Part shown: piece after piece, positions 25,461-35,401 of the stretch | Layout of the letters: each line of letters starts with the position of its first letter | How positions within the stretch are numbered: the stretch's first letter is position 1 | DNA from: Vicinamibacterales bacterium | Lineage (GTDB): Bacteria; Acidobacteriota; Vicinamibacteria; Vicinamibacterales; CAVVIG01 | Direction: 5' to 3' | DNA length: 64,000 nucleotides | Assembly: GCA_036004865.1 (NCBI GenBank) | Contig: DASYQZ010000166.1 | Span: 10,921 to 74,920, forward strand | The notes under the pieces: model-generated | The model's database searches: none | Told to the model about the DNA's origin: nothing | What the model saw: only the letters and a program-made list of their open reading frames with translations | Program-made: the position numbers and the translations under genes

Positions 25461-27410
25461 ATGCAGAGCGGTTCCAGAGTGATCGCGGCGGCGGTCGACG
25501 TTCTGGTACTGCTGTGTGTCCTGCCGGTCGTCGCGCACGCGCAGAGCGCGCCTCGGGTGCAAGCCGTCACACATGTCGCGTCGCTCGCGCCCGGCGCGAT
25601 TCACGGCGTCGTTCAGGACGAGCGCGGCGCGCCGGTCGCAGGCGCGACGGTCTCGGCGCTCGGGACGTCGCTCGCCGTGGCCGTGACGGATCGCGGCGGA
25701 CGGTTCGAGCTGACGACGCTGACGCCGGGACCATATCTGGTCCGCGCGCACTCGAGCGGTTTCGTCGCTTCGCGCGGGCAGCTCGTCGAAGTTCGTCCGA
25801 GCACGCGCGTCTCCTCGTCGATTGCGCTGCGCCGCGTTGGCAGCATCACCACGTCATCATCCTCGTATCCGGTGCTGGCGGCCGGCGTGAACAGCGGCTC
25901 GTCCGATCCCGGCACGCCGGCGGCCGATCCCGCCGACGCCGGCAGCACGACGGTCGACGACGATCACGGCGAGGTGGCGTGGCGGCTGCGCCACGCGCGG
26001 CGCGGGATTCTGAAGGACGTCGTCGTCCCCGACGAAATCATCGCCGGCGACACGCCGCCCGACACCAACGTGTTCGGCGATCCCGGATTCCTGGGACGCG
26101 GCGCGTCGGCCGCGCGCGCGACGGTGGGAAGCCTGTTCGCGGCGCCGTTCTCCGGTCAGCTGAATCTCCTGACGACCGGATCGTTCGACACGCCGCAGCA
26201 GCTCTTCACGACGAACAACTTCGAGCGGAGCGTGGCGTACCTCGCGCTGAGCGCGCCGGTCGGCGAACACGCGGACTGGACGGCTCGCGCGGCGCTCACG
26301 CAGGGCGACCTCGCCTCGTGGATCGTGGCCGGTGAGTACACCACGCGTGCGCCGGCGCGGCATCGCTACGATCTCGGCCTCTCGTACAGCACGCAGCGCT
26401 ACGACGGCGGCAACTTCGCGGCGCGGCGCGGCGTCACCGACGGCAGCCGGAACGCCGGCGCCATTTACGGCTTCGACACGTTCTCGATCACGCCGGCCGT
26501 GACGCTCAGTTATGGCGGACGTTACGCCCGCTACGACTACCTCGCGGACCGCAGCCTCTTCAGTCCGCGCGTGGCGCTCACGCTCCAGCCCGCCGAGCAC
26601 TTCCGCGTCAGCACGATGATCTCCCACCGGGAAGTCGCACCTGGCGCGGAGGAATTCATGCCGCGGATGGAGAGCGGCATCTGGATCCCGCCGCAGCGCA
26701 CGTTCTCGTCTCTCCTCTACGGGCAATCAATGGAGGCCGAGCGCACGAATCACGTCGAGGTGGAAATCGAGCGCGACATCGCCTCGTCGACGGTGTCGAT
26801 GCGCGCGTTCCGGCAGCAGGTGAGCGATCAGCTCGTGACGCTGTTCGGCGTCGACATGCCGGGCGCGCCGGCGGCGCACCTCGGTCACTACTTCGTTCAC
26901 AACAGCGGCGACGTCCAGGCCTCGGGACTGAGCGCCAGTCTGCGAACCGCGATCGCGAGCCGCGTGCACGGCGCGATCGAGTACTCAATTACGCAGGCGC
27001 GGTGGGAGCCATCCACGGATGTCGCGTACATGGTGCTGTTTGCGCCATCGGCGGTCCGCGCGGCTTCCGAACGCATTCACGATGTGTCGACGTCGGTTGA
27101 AACCGCCGTCCCTGAAACGTCCACGCGCGTGCTCGTGCTCTATCGCCTGAGCAACGGGTTTGCGCATCCCAGCAACACAGCGGCGCACGGCGCCCCGGCG
27201 GCGGGAGATCATCCGCAGTTCGATGCGCGGTTCGACGTGCAAGTGCGTCAGTCGCTGCCGTTCATGGACTTCAGTTCGGCGAAGTGGGAAATGCTGATCG
27301 CCGTGCGAAATTTCTTCCGCGACGCCGCGGCGGATCAGTCGGTGTACGACGAACTGTTGGTCGTTCGCCCGCCAAAGCGCATCGTCGGCGGACTCACGCT
27401 GAAGTTCTAA
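25461..27410 (+). CDS. TonB-dependent-receptor-like outer-membrane protein with carboxypeptidase-regulatory-like domain
   Basis: Signal peptide, 'GAIHGVVQDERGAPVAGATV…TDRGGRF…PGPYLVRA', amphipathic beta strands, 'SPRVAL', terminal Phe. Confidence 0.7.
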   Translation: MQSGSRVIAAAVDVLVLLCVLPVVAHAQSAPRVQAVTHVASLAPGAIHGVVQDERGAPVAGATVSALGTSLAVAVTDRGGRFELTTLTPGPYLVRAHSSGFVASRGQLVEVRPSTRVSSSIALRRVGSITTSSSSYPVLAAGVNSGSSDPGTPAADPADAGSTTVDDDHGEVAWRLRHARRGILKDVVVPDEIIAGDTPPDTNVFGDPGFLGRGASAARATVGSLFAAPFSGQLNLLTTGSFDTPQQLFTTNNFERSVAYLALSAPVGEHADWTARAALTQGDLASWIVAGEYTTRAPARHRYDLGLSYSTQRYDGGNFAARRGVTDGSRNAGAIYGFDTFSITPAVTLSYGGRYARYDYLADRSLFSPRVALTLQPAEHFRVSTMISHREVAPGAEEFMPRMESGIWIPPQRTFSSLLYGQSMEAERTNHVEVEIERDIASSTVSMRAFRQQVSDQLVTLFGVDMPGAPAAHLGHYFVHNSGDVQASGLSASLRTAIASRVHGAIEYSITQARWEPSTDVAYMVLFAPSAVRAASERIHDVSTSVETAVPETSTRVLVLYRLSNGFAHPSNTAAHGAPAAGDHPQFDARFDVQVRQSLPFMDFSSAKWEMLIAVRNFFRDAAADQSVYDELLVVRPPKRIVGGLTLKF

Positions 27411-27634
27411 AGGATCCACCCTCCCGCGACGTCGCGCAGGCCAGTTAGATCCATAATATTGAAAACGCGCTTCGAACGTTTGGAGCGTCGCCGTGTTCTT
27501 CAGTCGACGATTGTCGCGAACCATTAGGTTTTTCAACAACTTAGGTCATGACATCACCACCGATCCCAGGGTATGAGCTTTGCTACCTCGACGGCCGGCG
27601 AAGTGTCGTTAGCGGCTCTCCGCGCCACGATTCC

Positions 27635-30538
27635 ATGTCCGACTCCCTCGTTCCTCCCGCGCCGTCCACCGAGAGCCCCTGGCTCGTCTGGGGCCGATCC
27701 GTCTTCGCGTCGACCGTTGTTGCGATTCTGATCGCGCTCGGCGTCGCGAACATCGGGATGCGCGCGCGCTGGCACGAGGTCGAAGACGGCGTGCTGTGGG
27801 CTGCGAGAGCCGAGGGCGTCATGGCCCTCGAGGTCGCGCGCGGCTCCGCTGCGGAGAGCGCCGGCATCCATCGCGGCGACGTACTGATCGCGGTGAATGG
27901 ATCGCCGGTGCAGACGGCGGCGGACGTCGTCGAATTCCAGCATCGCGGCCACGAAGGCACGCGACTCGCGTACACGGTCCTCAGGCTCGGCACGCAAGAG
28001 GCGCTCACGGTTTCGCTCGCGCCGGCGCCGCGGGGCAGCTCGATGTACTTCGTGCTCGCGGCCGTCGGTCTCTTCACGCTGATCGTCGGCGCGTCGGTGC
28101 GCCTCCGCCGGCCGCGCGACCAGGCGACGCTGCACTTTTTCTGGCTCTGCGTGGCGTTCTTCGGCGCATTCACGTTCTCGTTCAACGGCCCGTTCGATCG
28201 CCTCGACTGGATCTTCTATTGGGGCGACGTCGTGGCGATGGCGCTGCTGCCGCCGCTCCTGCTGCATTTCACGATCGTGTTTCCTGAGCGGCCGAGGCGG
28301 CGGACGACGCATCAGGACTCCAGAACCGACTGGCGGCTGCCGCTGATTTACGTGCCGGCGCTCCTGCTGGGCGCGGCGCGCGTGGTGGCGGTCGCGCGCG
28401 GTTCCGCGCAGGGCGAGCTGCTCTCGAGCGCCATCAACATCCTCGATCGGGCGGAGCAGCTGTATCTGTTCGCGTGCGCGGTCGCGGCGTTCTTCGTGCT
28501 GATCGGCGCGTTCCAGCGGATCACGACGTTGACCGCGCGGCGCCAGCTCCGCTGGATTTTCTGGGGCACCGCGCTTGGCGCCGGCCCCTTCGCGTTCTTC
28601 TACGCGCTGCCGTGGGCGCTCGGCATCGATCCGCCGCTCGCGCTGAAGTTGACCGCGGTTCCACTCGGCCTGCTCCCGCTGACGTTTGCGTCGGCCATCG
28701 TGCGCTACCGGCTGCGCGACGTCGAGGTCATCGTCAAGCGCGGGCTCGCCTACACGGCGTTTCTCGCCGCGAGCGTCGCGCTGTACTTCGCGATGCTGAA
28801 GCTGACCGGGTTCCTCGTCGGCAGCGATACCGACCAGCACAATTGGATCATCGCGCTCCTGGCGACGATGGTCGTCGTTCTGCTCGCGCAGCCAGTGAAA
28901 GACGCAGTCCAGAACGCGCTCGATCGTGCGTTCTATCGAGACCGTTACGACTATCGCCGCGCGCTCGTCGCGTTTGCGCGCGACTTGAACAGCGATCTGG
29001 ACGTCGTCCGTCTGAGCCAGCGCCTGGTCGCGCGCATCGTCGAGACGCTCGTGATCGATCGCATGGCGTTGATGTTGTCGGAGGAGCGGTCCGACGATTT
29101 CACGTCGATTGGCGACTACGGGTTCTCCCAGAGCGTTCCGCGGCTGTCGCGCGCCTCGTCGCTGATGCCGCGCCTCGACGCCGGCTACACCGTCGCGCTC
29201 GACGATCCCAGCGCCGCGACGCGCTTCGTGGCCGAGGAGGTCGAGTTCTGGCGCGACGCCGGCACCTACTACTTCGTGCCGTGCGTCTTCGAAGGCCGCG
29301 CGATCGCCGTGCTGGCCCTCGGACGGAAGGAATCGGACGAGCCGTTCAACAGCGAGGATCTCGCACTGCTCACCGCCGTCGCCGGGCAGGTGGCCACGGC
29401 CATCGAAAACGGACGCCTGTATCGCGAGCTGCGCTTGAAGGCGGAGGAGCTCGGGCGGATGCGCGAGTTCAACGAGAACATTCTCGAGTCGCTCGACGAT
29501 GGGCTCGTGGTGTTCGACGTCGACGAGCGCATCGTGCGATGGAACCGCGCGCTCGAGAGCTTCTACGGCCTCAGTCAGGAGGCGGCCATCGGCCGTACGC
29601 TTGGCGAGGTGTTCGACGGCCCGTTCGTCGACGCGCTCCGCGGGGCGCGCCACGAGCATCCTCACGGGGCGACGCTCTACCGGGTGCCGATATCGTCCCG
29701 GCAGCCGCAGCAGTCGAAGCTACTGGTCAACGCCACCGAAGTGCCGCTCCAGAATCCGGCCGGCGATGTCGTTGTCGGGCACATCCTGCTCATCGAGGAC
29801 ATCACCGATCACGTCCGGCTCGAAGAGCAGCTGCAGATTTCCGAGAAGATGGCGTCGATCGGTCTGCTCGCCGCCGGCGTCGCGCACGAGGTGAACACGC
29901 CGTTGACCGGAATCTCGAGCTTCACCCAGATGCTGCTCGACGGCGCGGATCCCGACGATCCGCGGACGGTGCTGCTGGAGAAGATCGAGCGGCAGACGTT
30001 CCGGGCCGCGAAGATCGTCAACGGCCTGCTGAACCTGTCGCGGCCCGGCCTGTCCTCGAACGAGCGGATCGACGTCGACGTGAACGCGATCATCACCGAC
30101 GTCTTCTCCCTGCTCGAGCACCAGTTCGAGGTCGCGAAGATCAAGGTGCGGCGCGAGCTCGCGTCGGCCCCGCTGCCCGTTCCCGGCATCGAGCATCAGC
30201 TCCAGCAGGTCTTCCTGAATCTGTTCCTGAACGCCCGCGACGCGATGCCCCGCGGCGGCTGGCTGACGGTGACCACGCGGCTCGAGCGCGACCGCGTGAT
30301 TGCCGAGATCGCCGACACGGGATCGGGCATCCCCGCCGAGCACCTGGCGCGCATCTACGATCCGTTCTTCACGACCAAGGCCATCGGCCGCGGCACCGGT
30401 CTCGGTCTCTCGATCACCTACGGCATCGTCCGCGAACACGATGGCACGATCAACTGCGACAGCGCGGTAGGCCAGGGCACGCGCTTCACGCTGTCGCTCC
30501 CGCTCGCGGCGGCGAGCGTACGGACCGCAACACGGTAG
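27635..30538 (+). CDS. Multi-TM sensor histidine kinase (PDZ, membrane domain, GAF, PAS, HisKA, HATPase)
   Basis: PDZ 'GSAAESAGIHRGDVLIAVNG', about 8 TM, GAF 'FNSEDLALLTAVAGQVATAIEN', H-box 'AHEVNTPL', 'DTGSGI', 'PFFTTK', 'GTGLGL'. Confidence 0.92.
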   Translation: MSDSLVPPAPSTESPWLVWGRSVFASTVVAILIALGVANIGMRARWHEVEDGVLWAARAEGVMALEVARGSAAESAGIHRGDVLIAVNGSPVQTAADVVEFQHRGHEGTRLAYTVLRLGTQEALTVSLAPAPRGSSMYFVLAAVGLFTLIVGASVRLRRPRDQATLHFFWLCVAFFGAFTFSFNGPFDRLDWIFYWGDVVAMALLPPLLLHFTIVFPERPRRRTTHQDSRTDWRLPLIYVPALLLGAARVVAVARGSAQGELLSSAINILDRAEQLYLFACAVAAFFVLIGAFQRITTLTARRQLRWIFWGTALGAGPFAFFYALPWALGIDPPLALKLTAVPLGLLPLTFASAIVRYRLRDVEVIVKRGLAYTAFLAASVALYFAMLKLTGFLVGSDTDQHNWIIALLATMVVVLLAQPVKDAVQNALDRAFYRDRYDYRRALVAFARDLNSDLDVVRLSQRLVARIVETLVIDRMALMLSEERSDDFTSIGDYGFSQSVPRLSRASSLMPRLDAGYTVALDDPSAATRFVAEEVEFWRDAGTYYFVPCVFEGRAIAVLALGRKESDEPFNSEDLALLTAVAGQVATAIENGRLYRELRLKAEELGRMREFNENILESLDDGLVVFDVDERIVRWNRALESFYGLSQEAAIGRTLGEVFDGPFVDALRGARHEHPHGATLYRVPISSRQPQQSKLLVNATEVPLQNPAGDVVVGHILLIEDITDHVRLEEQLQISEKMASIGLLAAGVAHEVNTPLTGISSFTQMLLDGADPDDPRTVLLEKIERQTFRAAKIVNGLLNLSRPGLSSNERIDVDVNAIITDVFSLLEHQFEVAKIKVRRELASAPLPVPGIEHQLQQVFLNLFLNARDAMPRGGWLTVTTRLERDRVIAEIADTGSGIPAEHLARIYDPFFTTKAIGRGTGLGLSITYGIVREHDGTINCDSAVGQGTRFTLSLPLAAASVRTATR

Positions 30539-30542
30539 GACT

Positions 30543-32054
30543 ATGGCTACATCACGACACGGCACCATTCTCGTCGTCGACGACGAAGAGATCATGCGCG
30601 AGATTCTCGAGACGCTGCTGACGCGCGAGGGCTACGACGTGCGCGTCGCTTCGTCGGGCGCGGAGGGGCTGGAGCTCGCCCGCGCGTTGCCGTTCGACGC
30701 CGCGATCGTCGACATCATGATGCCCGGCATGAACGGCATCGAGACGCTCGACGAGCTGAAGCGGATCGACGAGGACCTGGCCGTCATCATCATCACCGCC
30801 TATGCGTCGGTCGAGAGCGCGATCTCGGCGATGAAAGCCGGGGCGTTCGACTACATCACCAAGCCCTTCAAGAACGACGAAGTGATCGTCGTCGTCCGCA
30901 ACGCGATGGAGCGGCGGCGGCTCGTGCACGAGAACCGCAACCTGCGGCAGAACATCCAGGAGCGGTATCACAAGTTCGCGAACATCATCGGCAAGAGCCC
31001 GCGCATGCGGCAGGTCTTCGACCTGATCATCCAGGCGGCGCCGAGCCGGTCGACGATCCTCATTCAGGGCGAGAGCGGCACCGGCAAAGAGCTCGTCGCG
31101 CGCGCGATCCATGCGAACTCGTCGCGCTCGGAGCGATCGTTCGTCACCGTCAACTCGGGCAACCTGCCGCCCGATCTGCTCGAATCGACGCTCTTCGGCC
31201 ACGTGAAGGGCGCGTTCACCGGTGCGGTCTACCCCAAAAAGGGGATGTTCGATCTCGCCGACAAGGGCAGCATCTTCTTCGACGAGATCGGAAATGTCCC
31301 GCTCGAAACGCAAGCCAAGCTGCTGCGCGTCATCCAGGAGCGCGACTTCATGCGCCTCGGCGGCATGGAGACGATCAAGGTCGACGTTCGCATCATCGCC
31401 GCGACCAACGTCGATCTGCGGCAGATGATGGAAGAAGGGAAGTTCCGCGAGGATCTCTTCTATCGCCTCCACGTCATCTCGATTCAGCTTCCGCCGCTGC
31501 GCGATCGCAAGGACGACATCACGCTGCTCGTGCACCACTTCCTCGAAAAGTACGGCGAGGAGAACCGCAAGCGCGATCTCGAGCTGATGCCCGACGCGCT
31601 CGACCTGCTCACCGAGTACGACTGGCCGGGGAACGTGCGCGAGCTCGAGAACGTCATCGAGCGGGCGGTCGTGCTGACGGCCGGTCCGCGCATCGGTGTC
31701 GAGTTGATCCCGGATCACGTCCGCAAGGCGCCCAACTTCCAGATGCCCCAGTTCGTCGTGCCGCCCGAGGGCATCTCGTTCAAGGACGTCATCACCGATT
31801 TCGAAAAGAAGCTCATCGAGTCGACGCTGGAGGCCGCGGGCGGCGTCCAGAAGCGCGCCGCCGAGCTGCTGCACATCAAGCCGACCACGCTGAACGAGAT
31901 GATCAAACGGTACGAGATTCGCCCGCGCCGCAAGCGGAACGTCAACGGCGCGAACGGAAACGGCGTCGACTCCCCGGCGCCGCCGCGGGACCAGACGCCG
32001 GCGCCGAACGTCGCCGGTCCCCTCGCGCCCACGGGAACATTCGACGAGAAGTGA
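30543..32054 (+). CDS. Sigma54-dependent response regulator (NtrC/PilR family)
   Basis: REC 'ILVVDDE…DIMMPG', 'GESGTGKE', intact GAFTGA, 'WPGNVREL', C-terminal HTH. Confidence 0.93.
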   Translation: MATSRHGTILVVDDEEIMREILETLLTREGYDVRVASSGAEGLELARALPFDAAIVDIMMPGMNGIETLDELKRIDEDLAVIIITAYASVESAISAMKAGAFDYITKPFKNDEVIVVVRNAMERRRLVHENRNLRQNIQERYHKFANIIGKSPRMRQVFDLIIQAAPSRSTILIQGESGTGKELVARAIHANSSRSERSFVTVNSGNLPPDLLESTLFGHVKGAFTGAVYPKKGMFDLADKGSIFFDEIGNVPLETQAKLLRVIQERDFMRLGGMETIKVDVRIIAATNVDLRQMMEEGKFREDLFYRLHVISIQLPPLRDRKDDITLLVHHFLEKYGEENRKRDLELMPDALDLLTEYDWPGNVRELENVIERAVVLTAGPRIGVELIPDHVRKAPNFQMPQFVVPPEGISFKDVITDFEKKLIESTLEAAGGVQKRAAELLHIKPTTLNEMIKRYEIRPRRKRNVNGANGNGVDSPAPPRDQTPAPNVAGPLAPTGTFDEK

Positions 32055-32653
32055 TCGTCCTCGGGGTATTGCTTCAGCGACTTCGGTCATCGCTTCTGCG
32101 CCTCACGGGGCGCCGCGCCTCCCCTGAGTCGCCCTGGGAACGTGTGACGATGCGGGTCCCGACGACCGCGTTCGGTCCGGGATCGCGGCGCGACTTCGCG
32201 CTCTACTTCGAGGGCGAGAGCTCGGTCCGCGTGGAATCGATCGACGACATCGTGACGTGGCTTCTCGAGTGCGAGTACGCGACCGACGTCGACCTCTTCG
32301 ACCGACGGGATTTCTGGCAGCATCCGAGCGTGTTCGAGCAGTGGCGCCGCGGCGACTGCGAGGATTTCGCGTTGTGGGCGTGGCGGAAGCTCGCCGAGAT
32401 TGGCGTCGAGGCCGAGTTCTACGTCGGGCGCGTCGTCTCGCCCGAAGATTCCACGGCCGATCGCCAGCATGCGTGGGTCGTCTATCGGACCGATCGCACC
32501 GATTTTCTCTTCGAGCCGGCCGCGCGAAGCCCGGAGCACATGATTCGGCTGCTGGCGGACGCGAAGCACGAGTACGTCCCGCATTTTGCGGTGAACCGGC
32601 GTTTCGACACCTCGGCATTTGTGGGGTGCCTCGCGTCGATGAATCGGCGCTGA
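32051..32653 (+). CDS. Transglutaminase-like cysteine peptidase
   Basis: 'GDCEDFA', 'HAWV', 'FEP' (Cys-His-acid triad); GTGA overlap with the regulator stop. Confidence 0.7.
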   Translation: MIVLGVLLQRLRSSLLRLTGRRASPESPWERVTMRVPTTAFGPGSRRDFALYFEGESSVRVESIDDIVTWLLECEYATDVDLFDRRDFWQHPSVFEQWRRGDCEDFALWAWRKLAEIGVEAEFYVGRVVSPEDSTADRQHAWVVYRTDRTDFLFEPAARSPEHMIRLLADAKHEYVPHFAVNRRFDTSAFVGCLASMNRR

Positions 32654-32657
32654 ATCA

Positions 32658-32731
32658 ACACAAAGGACACAAAGGACACGAAGGAAATCTCTTGTGTAGG
32701 TTTACCTGTGTGTCCTTGGTGTCCTTTGTGT
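32658..32731. repeat. Palindromic element with 9-mer (ACACAAAGG) arms, between convergent genes
   Basis: ACACAAAGG ACACAAAGG ACACGAAGG … CCTGTGTGT CCTTGGTGT CCTTTGTGT. Confidence 0.85.
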
Positions 32732-32758
32732 CCGAGCAGTGTCGCAAATCCAGCGGAT

Positions 32759-34147
32759 TCAGCGAGCATTTCTGATTTTCGCGAAGATGCGCTCGTACTT
32801 GCCGAGCACGACGTCCCAGCGGTAGCTCCTGCGGACGTATTCGCGGCCGTTCCTGCCGAGCGCCGCGCGCAGCCGTTCGTCGCCGACGAGCAGCTTCAGA
32901 CATTCCACGAACTCGTCGCGATCGGCGTAGTACAGGCCGCCGTTGCTGCGAACGCAGTGCTCGACCAGCACCGCGCTGCGCGCGTTGACGAGAATCGGCG
33001 TGCCGACGGCGAGCGATTCGAGCGCGAGGAGCGACAGGCTCTCGTAAGGCGACGGACAGACGACGACCGTGGCGGCTTCGAGCGCCTGCAGCCGCTCGCG
33101 ATCGGAAAGCAGTCCCGCGAAGCGGATGAACGGTTCTTCCGGCAGCGACATCAGCTTGACGCCCATCAGCGCGAGCGTCGCATCGCCGCCTTCCTTTACG
33201 TACTCGCTGAAATACTGAATCAGCTCCTCGCAGCCTTTTCCGGGATCGATGCGCCCGCCGTAGAGGACCATCGGACCGTACATCCGGTGGCGGCGCCGGA
33301 AGACCGCGCCGCGGGCGAGGAGGTGCGACGGGAATGCGCCCGACTCCGGGCGCGGGCCATCACCGCGCGGGCCGTCATCGGCGCGCGCCGCCGTCGCGCC
33401 GGTGGCGCTTCGGCGAGCCTGGCCGTCGCTCGCTTCTTCATCGGGCGAGCGAAGGCCGGAGGCCTCAGCCGCGCGATCGCCCTCCGTCGCGGATTCTTCT
33501 TCCACGATCGCCGGCATTCGCGGATACGGCTGCGACGGTGGAATCTCGACGCCCACGCCGATCACGTCTTCGAGCAGGGGCCGTTCGGAGAACTGCTGAT
33601 GGACGAAGTCGCGCTCGCTTTCCGTCAGGTAACACAGCGCGGCCGGCTTCCGGAACACGTCCGTGAAGATTTCGAGGCGAATCGCCGGTTCGTCGTGCGC
33701 CGTCGGGACGAGCACGCTGCGAGCCGGCACGACCTCGAGGCCGGCGACCGTCGGCGCGTAGAGGTAGGTGAAAAACACCACGACGTCGTACTGCTGCTGG
33801 TGCTTGCGCAGGTAATCGATGAGGCCCGGCGTCCATGGCCCCTGCTGCTTCAGCCATTCCATCTCGTCGTCGCGCGTGTGCGGGTTGTTGTAGATCCAGT
33901 CGGAGTACTTGTTGAACGCCTCGATGTCGCGCGTGCGCGCGTTCGCGAAGCGCCGCACGGTGACACCGCGGACTCGATCCGTGCCCTCGGGATAGTCGTT
34001 CTTCCACGTGATGTAGTCCTGCGCGCAAGTCGTCAGGACCTCGACGTCGTGCGTGGCGGCGAGGCGCTCGGCGACGAGCCGGCACAAGTGCTCGGAGCCG
34101 CCGAGCACTTCGGTGCCGTATCGCTGAACGATTAAACCTAGTTTCAT
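32759..34147 (-). CDS. Glycosyltransferase family 4 (GT-B)
   Basis: 'VQRYGTEVLGGSE', 'YGGRIDPGKG', 'PSPYESLSLLALES' (EX7E). Confidence 0.9.
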   Translation of the reverse strand: MKLGLIVQRYGTEVLGGSEHLCRLVAERLAATHDVEVLTTCAQDYITWKNDYPEGTDRVRGVTVRRFANARTRDIEAFNKYSDWIYNNPHTRDDEMEWLKQQGPWTPGLIDYLRKHQQQYDVVVFFTYLYAPTVAGLEVVPARSVLVPTAHDEPAIRLEIFTDVFRKPAALCYLTESERDFVHQQFSERPLLEDVIGVGVEIPPSQPYPRMPAIVEEESATEGDRAAEASGLRSPDEEASDGQARRSATGATAARADDGPRGDGPRPESGAFPSHLLARGAVFRRRHRMYGPMVLYGGRIDPGKGCEELIQYFSEYVKEGGDATLALMGVKLMSLPEEPFIRFAGLLSDRERLQALEAATVVVCPSPYESLSLLALESLAVGTPILVNARSAVLVEHCVRSNGGLYYADRDEFVECLKLLVGDERLRAALGRNGREYVRRSYRWDVVLGKYERIFAKIRNAR

Positions 34148-34151
34148 TTTT

Positions 34152-34330
34152 ACTCCGGGGGCCCATACCCCCGGACGCGCTCCGCGGGGACCCCTACGCC
34201 CCGCACGTTGTTCACTCCGGGGGCCCCCGCCCCCCGGACGCGCTCCGCGGGGACCCCTACGCCCCGCACGTTGTTCACTCCGGGGGCCGCTGCCCCCCGG
34301 ACGCGCTCCGCGGGGACCCCTACGCCCCGC
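34152..34330. repeat. Three tandem 62-63-bp hairpin-containing units
   Basis: Units start at 34152, 34214, 34277: ACTCCGGGGGC-[variable loop]-CCCCCGGACGCGCTCCGCGGGGACCCCTACGCCCCGC. Confidence 0.9.
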
Positions 34331-35393
34331 TCCGCACCGTGTCGATTAAGGTGGTCAGCTCGCGTGTGATGCGCGCGTCGCCGAAATCAGCGAGCCGGCG
34401 GCGCTGGCCGGCCAGCACGCGGTCACGCAGCTCGTCGTCGAACGCGAGCGCGCCGAGCAGTTCCGCGGCGTATTCGAAATCCTTGGGCGCAAACTGGACG
34501 CCGGCGCCCCCGAGCGTGTCCGGCACTGCCGCCGCGGCATACGCGAGGACCGGTACATCGGCTGCCATCGCTTCGATGAGCGGGACGCAAAAGCCTTCGT
34601 GCTCGCTCAAGGAGATGTACACAGCCGCCTGTCGATAGTAGACGGCGAGCTCTTCGTCGGGAACGGGACCGGTGAACACAAAGCGGTCATTGAGCAGCCG
34701 GTACTCGGCCATCAGCGCGCGAATCATCGAATAATAGCGCGGCACCACGTCATACCGGCCGACGAAGATGAACCGGTAGTAGGCGTCGATGTACCGCTTG
34801 TACACTTCGGCCAGCTTGATGACGTCCTCGATCTTCTTGTTCGGCGCGATGCGGCCCACGAACAGAAAGTTCACGAGGCCGTCGTCGAGAATTTCCTGGA
34901 GCGACGGCCGGGGCGCCGCCTGCGTGATGCGGGCGGTGTTCACCGCGATCGGAAAGACGGCTGTCCGCGCGAAGCCGAGCGATTCCAACTCCTGCCGGTT
35001 GTACTCCGAGTCGCCGAGCGCGAGGTCGACGCGCCCGGGCAGCGTGGCGAGCTCCTGACGGCCCAGCGTCGCCAGCCGGAACAGCGCCGGATCGAAGGGC
35101 GCGAAGTATTCCGCCGGGGTGACGTTGTGGTACTGCAGCACGCGACCGGCGTCGAGCGACGCGAATGCCGCCGTCATCGGCGAGGGCAGCGCGTAGTGGA
35201 AGATGGTGATGTCGCCTCGCCGTGCCGCGGCGTGGGTGAACGGGCGCACGTCGCGTTTCAGCTCGTTGTCGATCGTCAGGGCGTACAGATCGGAGTCATG
35301 CCCCAGGCCGCGGAGCAAGTCCCGCACGCGCCGCGCGCTGTCGCCGATCGCGTCTCCCTTGTGCGCCGCCGGCACCCACTGATTGATGAGCAT
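34320..35393 (-). CDS. Glycosyltransferase family 4
   Basis: 'GDAIG', 'YHNVTP', 'FVGRIAPNK', 'SEHEGFCVPLIEAM'. Confidence 0.9.
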   Translation of the reverse strand: MLINQWVPAAHKGDAIGDSARRVRDLLRGLGHDSDLYALTIDNELKRDVRPFTHAAARRGDITIFHYALPSPMTAAFASLDAGRVLQYHNVTPAEYFAPFDPALFRLATLGRQELATLPGRVDLALGDSEYNRQELESLGFARTAVFPIAVNTARITQAAPRPSLQEILDDGLVNFLFVGRIAPNKKIEDVIKLAEVYKRYIDAYYRFIFVGRYDVVPRYYSMIRALMAEYRLLNDRFVFTGPVPDEELAVYYRQAAVYISLSEHEGFCVPLIEAMAADVPVLAYAAAAVPDTLGGAGVQFAPKDFEYAAELLGALAFDDELRDRVLAGQRRRLADFGDARITRELTTLIDTVRSGA

Positions 35394-35401
35394 CCCAGAC
35401 T

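Noticed and set aside
34152..34330. Possible CRISPR array
   Set aside because: Units are contiguous, differ only in a 6-7-nt loop, have no unique spacers, and no cas genes are present.
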